The notes below the pieces were generated by a model. The model was not told the DNA's origin. It saw only the letters and a list, made by a program, of their open reading frames with translations, and did no database searches. Below are positions 27,138 to 37,161 of a stretch of 64,000 nucleotides of DNA, one piece after another. This stretch comes from Verrucomicrobiota bacterium (lineage in GTDB: Bacteria; Verrucomicrobiota; Verrucomicrobiia; Limisphaerales; SIBE01). The position numbers and the translations under genes were made by a program. The first letter of the stretch is position 1; the number at the start of each line of letters is the position of its first letter. The DNA lies in NCBI GenBank assembly GCA_016209525.1, contig JACQWK010000125.1, positions 377 to 64,376 on the forward strand, written 5' to 3'.

Positions 27138-30100
27138 TCGGGAGGCAGGAGAATCGCACGTAAGAACGCCTGACCGGCGAGTTCTTGCACCGTCAAGGGG
27201 ACGGTCTGCGGGCTATTGGTCAGTGTCAGCGTACGCAGCGTCCGCCACGGTTCGGCCAACTCCAGCGAGTGCCGAATCTCGATTGCGTATTTCCAATCCA
27301 GAGCGCCCAAAAGCTCCAAGCTCTGCGCGGGGTTGAAACGCAAAATGGGCGGCCAGCCGTAACTCGCTCGGTAGGCCTGATCCTGTCCTGCGACCAAGTT
27401 AATCGTCGTGGTTTTTGGTGTCTGGTAGCCAGGCACTGGTTTGAACTCCAGGCTGTAGTCCACGCCAGTGGGCAGAATCCGGCTGGCTTGCACGGCATTC
27501 GTGAATTCCATCGACGGGATTTCTTTGAGATGCCAGGCAGCGCCAGCGGTTACCGCGGCAGCAGGTTCCAGTGTCACGCTTAGCGTCTGGAAGCCAAACG
27601 TGGCGGCACCAACAATCGGTGAATTGAAGACAAATACTCCGCCGCCCGTGAAGTTAGTTCCCAAATCGGCCGATGAGGCCGCCCGGTTGATCAGATCGGC
27701 GACCCGGCTGTCAATCGCACGAACCGTGGATCGTCCGTCGTGGGAACCGAGATAAACGGCCGCGGGGAAATACGTGCGATTGGTTGCGGGGAACGGGAGC
27801 ACGAAGAGCGGGCCTCCGCTGTTGCCCGGAAAACTGAGGAAATCCGCTGTTGAATAAAGGCATCCCCCTTCAGGAACAAAACCGTAGTTGCGAGCCTCCG
27901 TCTCAAACATACGTCCGTCAGCTTCGCCCGTGAGAGGATAACCTGCGAGGAACTTCTCTCCGGAGACGCCCTCTGGTCCCAACAACCATTCGTTTATCTC
28001 CGCATCAGATAATAAGAAGCCGCTTTCACCGTCGCGTGCCACGGGCTGGTCAAAATAAATCGCGGCGATATCCCATTGTTGTGAGGCTCGTGAGGAAACG
28101 CCAGGTTTCAACCCTTGTTCCCGCTCCTTCCGGCGCTCGATCAGATACTGGTCCATCACATACCATCCGAGCCCCCTCATTGGCCGGGATTCATAGTCAC
28201 CAGCGTGCCGTTCGTGGAACCACTCGACCGATGTCACGAAGTTCGTAGTCGAATCGTCAAAAAGAACGTGTGTTGCGGTGAGCACGACCTTCTTCCGAAC
28301 GGCAATGCCGCTTCCCCAGCCGAGAGGTGTTCGAAGCTGGCCAACCAACGGCAACGGACGCTTAAGCGTGGTCCTGGTCGCGAGCGCATCCTCAATCTCG
28401 GCGTAGCTGAGTACAGGCCGTGCGGTGCGCCTCCCTGGAGGAGGTGCAGGCTCATAATCCACACGGACGATATTGTCCACACCGGAAACGAGCGTGACCA
28501 GCCGAGCAGGTGGAGTCAGCCAGTCTCTCACCGGGCGACATTCGATAATGTTGGTGGCACCCGCTGGCAGTCCGGTCCACGGGTACCCACTGGGCAGATA
28601 GCCCAGCTCGCCTCGGAGCCGCCAACCTGCGTCCAACCTGTGCACCTCTGGGGGCTCAATCATGACGATCAGGGAGCCGCTATCCCGCGCCAGCCTACTG
28701 GCGTAGCGCGCGATGCGGCCTGTCACCTCTTTATTTAGGACCGGAATAATCGCAGCAGGTGGTTCGTCAAATCCGGCAATAGGGCGAAATTGAATCGCAT
28801 AATTCCCGACGTCGAGATTGCCGAGAGTCTGGCCGCTGGAATGCCACACCAGCTCCCACGGCAACCTCCAGCCCCCGCGTTCTGCTGCCGGAGCCTCGAT
28901 AGTCACCCTCAATGCGCCGCTTGCGGTGCGTGCATTCGGCGGCACGAGCCTCATGAACGATGTCGGCATCGCCGGCACTTCGTCGTCCGTGATGGAGACC
29001 GTGGCGATGCTTGGCGCGCCCAGCATCGCGCCGTTTGAAGGAGAACTAAGTGAAATCGTCAGTTCTCTGGTGCGATCAAGCACAAAGTTATCAAGCAGCC
29101 TGATTCGAATCTCCTTAGTGTCTTCGTTTCTGGCAAAATCCAAGCGGCCCGGCTCCAGGAGATAATCACGCCCGGGAACGGCAGTTCGGTCGCTCACAGC
29201 ATAACTCACACTGGCAACCGAGTTGCCGGTTCTCAGCACCGGGATTTTGAGCACACCCGCACTCTCGTTGGTTTGAAAGGAATCCTGACTGAAGCGAACA
29301 ATAACTGGATCGTTCACCTCCAGCTTCGCATCGGTGCTCGCGGCTGATCCGACCAGATTGCTTACAACTACACCATAGGTGCCACTCTCTGGTTTCTGCA
29401 CCTTCTTCAGCACGAGTGTCGAATTTGTCGCTCCGATGATGTCAACTCGGTCCCTTCGCCACTGATAGCTCAAAGGCAGCGTGCCGGTAGCCGCTACCGA
29501 GAAGGTAACATCCGAGTCCACCAGGACAGTTTGGCTTTGAGGCTGGACGGTAATTGAAACTGGAACCGCGTAATCTCCCAAGAGGCTGATGACATACGGA
29601 GATTGCGCCCAGTCGTTCGGCGTCTGCGCACCGATGCCGTAAAGCCGACCGTCGAGCTCCACAACGGAACTAAATCCGTGGGCCATTTGGAACGGGCTCT
29701 CTATCTTTCCTTCCGATGCTGGAAACATGCGGATCACTCCATTCCAGAGAGAGAGGAAGTAAGCCCGGCCTGTTTGAGAAAAGTAGTCCGAGCGGCCCGC
29801 GACGCCTTTTGATCCCCGCGGGTCAACGAAAGGAAGAGTCCAGTCCACGCCGTTGGTTGTGCTCCAAAGGCCCAACGACACCACGACCCGATCTGGAATC
29901 ATGACGGATGAAGCGTACAGATAGTCCTGCGTTGGTACAAAACCTTGGAGGGCGAATGGCTGAAAACCTCGAACCAAGCTCCAATTGATTCCATCGACCG
30001 TTCTAAAAAGCTCGGATGATCTGGAGATTTCCTCACTAGTCGCAACGTACAAATGCCCCTTCCACTCGGTCATCGCGACAATTAGTTTGTTTGGGCCACC

Positions 30101-32104
30101 GGAATCGATAGCTGTGTTGAACCGAAATTGGTACCCGTCTGAGGATTCATAAATTCTGCCGGCGCTGGTGCCGAAATACATCTTTCCGTTGAACTGAGCC
30201 ATAGCACGCACGTAGTTGCTGGGATTAAACGGCGTTGCTCTGACCGGTGTGAAGATGGTGCCATCATACTTCCAAATAACGCCGTCCGAATGGGACACAA
30301 ACAACTGACCTCCCATGGACGAGAGCGCCAAGAATTGCCCTGCTAGCTCAGTTAGCCCCGGGACATTGTTTGTCGTCGTTGGGTCGAAGCTATAGACTTT
30401 GGCGGGTCTTTCGCTTCCATCGCTGGAGATGGAATAGAAAATCCGGCCTGCATAAGCTTGCGCCAATGAAGTGCGGCCTTCTGCGGCGTGAATGCCGTTT
30501 CCTGTCACTAATACCGTGTCATAACGACTGGGATCAAAGGTCCCAAGGAGCTTCGACACCACGTTCAGCATTAGGGTGGCGTTGGAACTGGTCACACCGC
30601 CTGCCGCGTTGCTCACGAGCACGCTGTAGCTGCCAGCATCGCTCGATTGGACGTTGTCGAAGGTTAGGGTTTCGTTCGTGGCACCTTCGATACGAGCAAC
30701 GTTTTTCCGCCACTCGTAAATGAGCGGAGGAGAACCTGTCGCTTTGACAGTGAATGTGACGGTTGTACCCATAGTCACCATCTGGCTCTGAGGTTGGCTT
30801 ATGATCGTCGGTCCAATTACAGGAATGCCCTTTCGAATCGTGTTGTTACCGGTATCCGCAACATAGAGATTTCCAATGCTGTCCACTGCAACACCGTACG
30901 GCCGATTGAACCGCGCTGCATTTCCTGTCCCATCAGCGCTGCCGATTTCCCCCGCCCAACCTGCCACGGTGCTTACCTCGCCTCGTGGTGTGATCATCCG
31001 GATTGTATGGTTGAGAAGATCCGCCACATATAAGTTGCCCGTAGTGTCAACTGCTAGCCCCCACGGGGAATTGAACCGGGTCGCACTTCCAGTGCCGTCC
31101 ACGGGGCCAGATACGCCTTCCAGCCCTGCCAGTGTCCCGACCACTCCAACCGGCGTGATTCGTCGGATCGTATGGTTCGCATTATCCCCGACATAAACGT
31201 TCCCTTGGCTGTCCACCACCACACCACCTGGAAGGAAGAATCGTGCCTCACTCCCTGTCCCGTCCGAAAAACCTTGAACTGATCCTGCCAACGTGCTCAC
31301 AACTCCGTCGGGCGTGAGTTTGCGAATCCGGTTGTTGTTCAAATCGGCCACGAATACGTTTCCCGCACCATCCAGTGACACATCGCTCGGTAAATCGAAC
31401 CGTGCGGCGATTCCCGGTCCGTCAGTAATACCGTTAACTCCCGCTGAACCAGCCAGTGTGCTCACGGCTCCGCCCAGCGTGATTTTCCGAATTGTGTGAT
31501 TCCCCCCATCGGCGACATACACATTTCCTGCGCCATCCGCGGCCACGCCCGACGGGGAACGAAATCGCGCCACGCTCCCTGGACCATCCACACTGCCAGG
31601 GTTGCCCGCCAAGCCGGCCACCGTACTCACTACTCCGCCCGACGTGATCATACGAATTGTGTGGTTGAAGAGATCCGCGACATATACATTTCCACCACTG
31701 TCCACAGCCACGCCATCCGGTTTGTCGAACCGCGCCAGGGTCCCTATCCCGTCCGCACTGCCGGGCTGCCCCGCAACTCCTGCGAAAGTGGAGAATCTGT
31801 AAACGGTATCGGCTAAAGTCTGGAATGGTGAGTGGATCGCACCGATCACAAGCCAGACCCAGGACATCGTAAAGCACAGTCGTCGCGTCATTCGGTAGCT
31901 CATCACTCTCGACCGCTCGTAGGCTTGGTGAACACCCGAAGGGGTCGAGTGAATTTCATCTGCTCGCCACTGGTTGTGCTTTAAGCAATCGGGGCGCGTT
32001 CGCCTCGCTCCCTGACATTCGCGTAGTCCGGTCGCTGCCTGGAAGGCGCGCGAGTGTATCGCTCGGCTGTCACGTGCATTCCGGTTAGTTGCGAAAGTCT
32101 TCAT
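27134..32104 (-). CDS. giant secreted protein P1: NHL-repeat propeller, Ig I-set, second propeller-like region, Ig I-set, then the shared C-terminal module (Calx-beta, two beta-sandwich repeats, trypsin-like serine protease, beta-sandwich, C-terminal domain)
   Basis: NHL repeats ('NHTIRMIT..G.VSTVAG..G..GS.DG.G..ARF..P.GVA.D..GN.YVAD'). I-set domains ('QPQSQ.V..G..VTF.V.A.G..PL.Y.WR'). Calx-beta ('VRFSQDSFQTNESAGVLKIPVLRTG...VSYAV...GRDY'). Catalytic triad context 'LTATHVLF', 'QWDIAAIYF' and 'FPGNSGGPLFV'. The true start is probably M68 at 31903, which precedes a signal peptide ('MSYRMTRRLCFTMSWVWLVIGAI'). Confidence 0.85.
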   Translation of the reverse strand: MKTFATNRNARDSRAIHSRAFQAATGLRECQGARRTRPDCLKHNQWRADEIHSTPSGVHQAYERSRVMSYRMTRRLCFTMSWVWLVIGAIHSPFQTLADTVYRFSTFAGVAGQPGSADGIGTLARFDKPDGVAVDSGGNVYVADLFNHTIRMITSGGVVSTVAGLAGNPGSVDGPGSVARFRSPSGVAADGAGNVYVADGGNHTIRKITLGGAVSTLAGSAGVNGITDGPGIAARFDLPSDVSLDGAGNVFVADLNNNRIRKLTPDGVVSTLAGSVQGFSDGTGSEARFFLPGGVVVDSQGNVYVGDNANHTIRRITPVGVVGTLAGLEGVSGPVDGTGSATRFNSPWGLAVDTTGNLYVADLLNHTIRMITPRGEVSTVAGWAGEIGSADGTGNAARFNRPYGVAVDSIGNLYVADTGNNTIRKGIPVIGPTIISQPQSQMVTMGTTVTFTVKATGSPPLIYEWRKNVARIEGATNETLTFDNVQSSDAGSYSVLVSNAAGGVTSSNATLMLNVVSKLLGTFDPSRYDTVLVTGNGIHAAEGRTSLAQAYAGRIFYSISSDGSERPAKVYSFDPTTTNNVPGLTELAGQFLALSSMGGQLFVSHSDGVIWKYDGTIFTPVRATPFNPSNYVRAMAQFNGKMYFGTSAGRIYESSDGYQFRFNTAIDSGGPNKLIVAMTEWKGHLYVATSEEISRSSELFRTVDGINWSLVRGFQPFALQGFVPTQDYLYASSVMIPDRVVVSLGLWSTTNGVDWTLPFVDPRGSKGVAGRSDYFSQTGRAYFLSLWNGVIRMFPASEGKIESPFQMAHGFSSVVELDGRLYGIGAQTPNDWAQSPYVISLLGDYAVPVSITVQPQSQTVLVDSDVTFSVAATGTLPLSYQWRRDRVDIIGATNSTLVLKKVQKPESGTYGVVVSNLVGSAASTDAKLEVNDPVIVRFSQDSFQTNESAGVLKIPVLRTGNSVASVSYAVSDRTAVPGRDYLLEPGRLDFARNEDTKEIRIRLLDNFVLDRTRELTISLSSPSNGAMLGAPSIATVSITDDEVPAMPTSFMRLVPPNARTASGALRVTIEAPAAERGGWRLPWELVWHSSGQTLGNLDVGNYAIQFRPIAGFDEPPAAIIPVLNKEVTGRIARYASRLARDSGSLIVMIEPPEVHRLDAGWRLRGELGYLPSGYPWTGLPAGATNIIECRPVRDWLTPPARLVTLVSGVDNIVRVDYEPAPPPGRRTARPVLSYAEIEDALATRTTLKRPLPLVGQLRTPLGWGSGIAVRKKVVLTATHVLFDDSTTNFVTSVEWFHERHAGDYESRPMRGLGWYVMDQYLIERRKEREQGLKPGVSSRASQQWDIAAIYFDQPVARDGESGFLLSDAEINEWLLGPEGVSGEKFLAGYPLTGEADGRMFETEARNYGFVPEGGCLYSTADFLSFPGNSGGPLFVLPFPATNRTYFPAAVYLGSHDGRSTVRAIDSRVADLINRAASSADLGTNFTGGGVFVFNSPIVGAATFGFQTLSVTLEPAAAVTAGAAWHLKEIPSMEFTNAVQASRILPTGVDYSLEFKPVPGYQTPKTTTINLVAGQDQAYRASYGWPPILRFNPAQSLELLGALDWKYAIEIRHSLELAEPWRTLRTLTLTNSPQTVPLTVQELAGQAFLRAILLPPE

Positions 32105-32151
32105 CTCATGTTCTCTCTCATCTGGTGCCGGACTAGGCCGTCAGCGGCGAC

Positions 32152-35100
32152 TTATTGCTGCCATTTGGCTCGATAGTATCCGGCTGAGTCGGTCGGCCAA
32201 GGTGGACCAATCGCGAGGACCGGGTTCACCTCCAACGTAACCGTCTGGACTTTCGTCCATGCCGCCGCTGGACCTAGCACCGGCGTAAACTCAATCTCTA
32301 CGACTTTACCGACTGGACCGGAAACGAATATGCCGTTCCCTGTCGCCGTCAGAACCGGCGTGGTGCTTTCGTAGGTTACGGTTAGACCCGCGTCTTGCCC
32401 TTCGGGCAGATTGACCGGGAAATTCGTCGGCGTTAGCCAGCCGGGCACCGATTTGAATTCCACTGTGTAATTGGTGCCTGAAACCAGGTCCGTCGTTGCT
32501 TCGGGCAAACTGGTGAACGCGCCGCCTTTCTCACTGACTCGCCAGCCCGCGCCTGCAGCGACCGCCTCTTGTGGTTCCAGCCGGACGGTCAATTTCTGAA
32601 TCCCAAATCGGGCACCCGCCACCGCCGTGTTGAACACGAGCACGCCGCCGCCGGTAAAGTTTGTGCCGAGATCAGCCGATGAGGCGGCGCGCATGATCAG
32701 TTCAGCGGCCTGGCTATCGATGCTTCTGAAGACCGACAGTTTATCTGCGGTTCCCAGATAGACTGCGGCTGGGAAGTAGGTGAGTGAATTGGTGTAGAGA
32801 ACGCACAAAGGACCGCCGCTGTTGCCAGGAAAACTGCTGATTTCGGACGTCGAGAAGAGCTGGTTGCCGTCGTTAACGAACCGGTACTGGCGAGCCTCGG
32901 TGACGAAGAGTTTCCCGTCCTCATTTCTGCCCATTGGATAACCGGCCAGAAGCTTTTCGGAGTTACCTAGAATCCACTCGTTATCCAACGCGTCCGACAG
33001 AAGGAAGCCACTCCCGCCGTTTCGAGCAATCTGTTGGTCAAAGTAAATGGCTGCAATATCCCATTGCTGCGAGGCGCGAGTAGCAACCCATGAAGGTTTT
33101 CCCTCTTCTCGCTCCAATCGCCGTTGGCGCAGGTATTTTTCAAATACGTACCAGCCTTGGGCACGAATCGGGCGCGATTCATACTCCCCGACATGCAATT
33201 CAGGCAACCAATCAACCGACTCGACGAAATTGGTCGTCTCTTCGTCAAAAAGGACGTGCGCCGCCGTCAAGACAACCTTTTTTCGCACTGCGATTCCGCT
33301 GCCGAATCCAGCCTTGGAGCGAAGCTGTCCCACAAAGACAAGCGGTCGCCGAAGCGTCTCGTTCAGCGCTTCTCCTATTTCGACAAATCTCGGCACTGTT
33401 TGGGGAATGCGAGTCCCTGGTGCTAACGGAGAGGCGGGTTCATAAAACGCGGTCACGACGTTTTCCGCGTTGGGAAGAATAGTAACAAACCGTGGGGCAG
33501 GAGTGTACCAACCGTTCGTGGAGCGGAATTCCAAGATGTGATTAGTTCCGGAGAGCAAATCCGCAAGGCGAAAGCCGCTCGCTTGAAATTCGCTGTCGCC
33601 GCGTAAACGCCATCCCACTCCCGGCAACGCCTCATCTGGACCGAGACGGACGATCAGATTCCCTGTGGTCACTGCAGACAGAGCGCTAGTGTAGCGGACA
33701 GTTCGGCTCGTCGTTAATCTATCTTGAACAGGTGCTATAATCGCATTCGGCTGAACAAAGTTGGCGACCGCACGGAATTGAATTACGTAGAGCCCAACGT
33801 CGAGATTCGAAAGCGTGTGGCCACTCGAATGCCACGATAAATCCCAAGGCAGCCGCCACGCGGCCCCCGGTAATCCATTCGGCTCGATGGACACTCGAAC
33901 TGCGCCCAAACCGGATCGCGGTAGGGGCTCCCGAAGCATTGCAAATGACGTTGGAGTTAATGGCTCTTCATCGTCGCGAATCTCGATGATCGTCCTGTTT
34001 GGGGTGCCCAAAGTTGTTCCATTTGAAGGCAAACTCAGTTCGATCGTGAGTTGTCTGGGGCCGTCGAGAACAAGGTCATCCAGAAGCTTGACCTGAATCT
34101 CCCGGCTCTCTTCCTTGGCAGCAAAGTCCATGCGACCTTGTTCGAGGAGATAATCACGGCCCGGCTCGGCGGTTCCGCCGGTCACAGAATAACTCACGCT
34201 GGCTGGCTTGGCACCGGATTTCAGCACAGGAATTCTTAGCACGTGTGCATTTTCGTCAGCTCGAAATAAATCCTGGCTGAAGCGAAAGACATCTTCTGGA
34301 TTCGGTTTGGAACTGAGTGCGATGGTGCTAGAGGCTGTTCCAGCTCCCGCAGCCGTGTCGTTCACGGCGGAGACAACGGTGACGGAACCGTTGGCGGCCG
34401 TCAGATCGAAACGTAATCCGGCTTCACCTTGGGCGACCGTGATGAAGCTGCCTGCCGCGACTGGCAATTGACCATTCCCCAAGAACAAGTTGACATTGTT
34501 CGGTGCCCTAATGCGGAAGTGTGTCACTTCAAAACCATCGCGGGGATTTCGCCGAATAGTCAATGTGGATGATGTGTCGTGACTCGCGACCGGGGCGGCG
34601 ACGGTGGGAAGGAAAGCGAAGCTTGTTAGCGGGAGGCCACCAATCCTCACAGGGTAGCCGCTGTCTTCCCTTTCTTCCCCAAGGTGGTTACCGATCGTGG
34701 TGAAACTGCCCCCTGCATAGAGATCATCCCCGACGACGAGTAGGGCGGTCACACCAGAATCGGCCGTATTCGCAGTACCGGCGGGATGCGGGGCAAACGA
34801 CGGGTCGTAAGAACCATCGGTCTTGCTGAGCCTAATCAAGCCTCCACCTTCATTCTGAAGTTCGTAGCCCCCGATGAAGACATTTGTTTCGTTCACACCT
34901 AGTGCATAGATCAAATTAAGGGTGACGTTAGGTGCGAAGAGAGGGTCCGCCTCACCCGCCCCAAACTTATTGAGCTTGGCGATCGCCCTCCGCTGTTGTC
35001 CTCCGATGACGTCGAACGAACCTGCGCAAAAGACATAGTTCTCGCCGACTACCAACGAATAGACATGGCCTGCACTATCTCGGAACAGATCCCAAGGCCG

Positions 35101-37161
35101 GGGATCCCACATTGGATCAACCGCAATAGGTGCGGAAATACTAATTCTGGCGAGGTTGGTGCGGGGAACGCCCCCAATCGACTCAAAGAAGCCACCGACG
35201 TAGAGGTTCGTTCCATCCACGGCGAGTGCGCTTGCTGCCGAGCCACCACCAGTCATCGGGGTCCACAACGGATCAGCGCTGCCATTCCCCTCTGTGTTGA
35301 TCTTTACCAATTCTCCCAAGTTCATTCCACCAACGGTGCCAAGACTTCCGGCGATGAACAGGTTAGTGCCACTCAATGCAATGCTAAGAATTTCAAATTC
35401 CGACATTCGCCTTGAGATTTTAGGGTTCCAGGCAGGGTCGGAACGATCTGATACGAGCGAATCGAATTTCGCGACCGCGTTTCTCGAATTGCCGCCGATT
35501 GTAGCAAACGCTCCGGCTACAAAGAATGCCGATTCATTGCCGACAATGGCGGTGACAACACCGTTGGGATCTGGTCGCCAGTTGGAATCGAGCCTCCCGT
35601 CAGTATTGATTCGCGCGAGATGAAGGCGTTTCAGACCTTGGGCACTAAGGAAATCACCCCCGACTACAATCTTGCCGTCGGGTTGTCTATAGATCGCGTT
35701 CACTCTCCCCGGAGACTCTACTTGGGTTGGAAATGACGAATCATACCTGCCGGTGACGGAATCCAGCTTCGCGAACCCTAGCACTTGCAGATCGTCCACC
35801 TCCGTAAACTGTCCCCCAGCAGCTATTAACGAGCCACTGGACGCGATCGTCTGAACGCCGGACAGTCTCGGCATCCACTTGTCGTCTGCAACTCCTGAGC
35901 CTGTGGTGCCGATTCGTGCGATGTTGGTCAGGCTCCGCCCGCCGATTTGAACATAGTTACCGATTACAATCAGATTTGTCCCTGAAATGGAGAGGAGCCA
36001 CACATCTCCGGTAGAACGATATTCATCCTTTGGCTGGGGATCCCAGGCGGAATCGAGTGAACCGCTGCCGGTGGTCGAGACCTTTGCAAGATTTCGACGG
36101 TTCTGCCCGGCAATGCTCCCAAAATACCCCGCGACATATAGATTGTCCGCATCCGATGCAATGGAATTGACCTCATGGTAGAATCCTCCTGGAGTGAATG
36201 GATTTGGTACCCAAAGAATGTCAGCAGCCCCGGTACCTCCAGCACTCAGCTTGGCAAGGTTCGTTCGAGCTCTTCCACCGATGAAGTCGAAATTCCCTCC
36301 AACGAAAAGGTTCGAGCCAACGAGAGCGAGCGAGTTGATTCTGGGAATTACATATCCGCTTTCACCTGGCTTGGAAAAGACGGCTGGATTTGGTTTCCAG
36401 ATAGGATCGGTAGCTCCGACACCTTGCAAGGCCACTTTGGCGAGGTTTGTGACAGAATTCTGACCTCCGATTTCCAAGAAATACCCGCCCACGTAGAGGG
36501 AGTCTTTGTCGGCGATCATGCAGTAAATCTCAGCCGATGCAGGTTGCCCTCCGATTGGATTCGGTGCCCAGTTCGGATCTGACTCTCCACGGCCCCCGAT
36601 GGAGACTTTGGCCAACCCATTACGGATTGCACCCTGAACGCTTCGAAAACTGCCTCCCACGTAAAGATTGGTGCTGACTAGGGCCATGCAATTCACCGTC
36701 CCACTGCCACCCCCGCCCGAAATGCCACTAAGGCCCGGATCCCACGTAGCGTCCATGGAACCATCCTGATTGAGGCGCGCCAGATTACGGCGCGGCACGC
36801 CACTCACGGTAAAGAAATCGCCACCAATGATCATCTGCCCATCGGGTTGAATCACGATGGCCTTCACGACCCCGCCTTTGGACAGATTCAGATTCGGTAA
36901 CGTTGATGGATGTGTTTGTGCCGAAGCGGCTCCGTTCGAGAATATGAACCACGCAACGAGGGTCAATCGAACTGCGTGCAACGCCAACGCGCGAAAGCAC
37001 GCGAGTTGTGACCGCGCAATCCGTTTACCGACCGCAAGGTAGCTTAACGTGGATCCTAGACGAATTGAGCAACTGGCCGAATCTCGAGGTAATGCTCTCA
37101 TTTCACTGTCCCCTTTGGGTTGCCGTGGCTGGACACGAGTTGTGATGCTCATTCTCACCAT
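32152..37161 (-). CDS. giant secreted protein P2: delta-60/DUF5122-type beta-propeller repeats plus the shared Calx-beta / beta-sandwich / serine-protease C-terminal module
   Basis: Repeats such as 'GGDFFTVSGVPRRNLARLNQDGSMDATWDP'. Same C-terminal module as P1 and P3 ('LTAAHVLF', 'QWDIAAIYF', 'FPGNSGGPLCV'). Candidate starts at 37161 (overlaps the P3 stop), 37152 or 37101. The hydrophobic signal region is 'LTLVAWFIFSNGAASA'. Confidence 0.85.
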   Translation of the reverse strand: MVRMSITTRVQPRQPKGDSEMRALPRDSASCSIRLGSTLSYLAVGKRIARSQLACFRALALHAVRLTLVAWFIFSNGAASAQTHPSTLPNLNLSKGGVVKAIVIQPDGQMIIGGDFFTVSGVPRRNLARLNQDGSMDATWDPGLSGISGGGGSGTVNCMALVSTNLYVGGSFRSVQGAIRNGLAKVSIGGRGESDPNWAPNPIGGQPASAEIYCMIADKDSLYVGGYFLEIGGQNSVTNLAKVALQGVGATDPIWKPNPAVFSKPGESGYVIPRINSLALVGSNLFVGGNFDFIGGRARTNLAKLSAGGTGAADILWVPNPFTPGGFYHEVNSIASDADNLYVAGYFGSIAGQNRRNLAKVSTTGSGSLDSAWDPQPKDEYRSTGDVWLLSISGTNLIVIGNYVQIGGRSLTNIARIGTTGSGVADDKWMPRLSGVQTIASSGSLIAAGGQFTEVDDLQVLGFAKLDSVTGRYDSSFPTQVESPGRVNAIYRQPDGKIVVGGDFLSAQGLKRLHLARINTDGRLDSNWRPDPNGVVTAIVGNESAFFVAGAFATIGGNSRNAVAKFDSLVSDRSDPAWNPKISRRMSEFEILSIALSGTNLFIAGSLGTVGGMNLGELVKINTEGNGSADPLWTPMTGGGSAASALAVDGTNLYVGGFFESIGGVPRTNLARISISAPIAVDPMWDPRPWDLFRDSAGHVYSLVVGENYVFCAGSFDVIGGQQRRAIAKLNKFGAGEADPLFAPNVTLNLIYALGVNETNVFIGGYELQNEGGGLIRLSKTDGSYDPSFAPHPAGTANTADSGVTALLVVGDDLYAGGSFTTIGNHLGEEREDSGYPVRIGGLPLTSFAFLPTVAAPVASHDTSSTLTIRRNPRDGFEVTHFRIRAPNNVNLFLGNGQLPVAAGSFITVAQGEAGLRFDLTAANGSVTVVSAVNDTAAGAGTASSTIALSSKPNPEDVFRFSQDLFRADENAHVLRIPVLKSGAKPASVSYSVTGGTAEPGRDYLLEQGRMDFAAKEESREIQVKLLDDLVLDGPRQLTIELSLPSNGTTLGTPNRTIIEIRDDEEPLTPTSFAMLREPLPRSGLGAVRVSIEPNGLPGAAWRLPWDLSWHSSGHTLSNLDVGLYVIQFRAVANFVQPNAIIAPVQDRLTTSRTVRYTSALSAVTTGNLIVRLGPDEALPGVGWRLRGDSEFQASGFRLADLLSGTNHILEFRSTNGWYTPAPRFVTILPNAENVVTAFYEPASPLAPGTRIPQTVPRFVEIGEALNETLRRPLVFVGQLRSKAGFGSGIAVRKKVVLTAAHVLFDEETTNFVESVDWLPELHVGEYESRPIRAQGWYVFEKYLRQRRLEREEGKPSWVATRASQQWDIAAIYFDQQIARNGGSGFLLSDALDNEWILGNSEKLLAGYPMGRNEDGKLFVTEARQYRFVNDGNQLFSTSEISSFPGNSGGPLCVLYTNSLTYFPAAVYLGTADKLSVFRSIDSQAAELIMRAASSADLGTNFTGGGVLVFNTAVAGARFGIQKLTVRLEPQEAVAAGAGWRVSEKGGAFTSLPEATTDLVSGTNYTVEFKSVPGWLTPTNFPVNLPEGQDAGLTVTYESTTPVLTATGNGIFVSGPVGKVVEIEFTPVLGPAAAWTKVQTVTLEVNPVLAIGPPWPTDSAGYYRAKWQQ

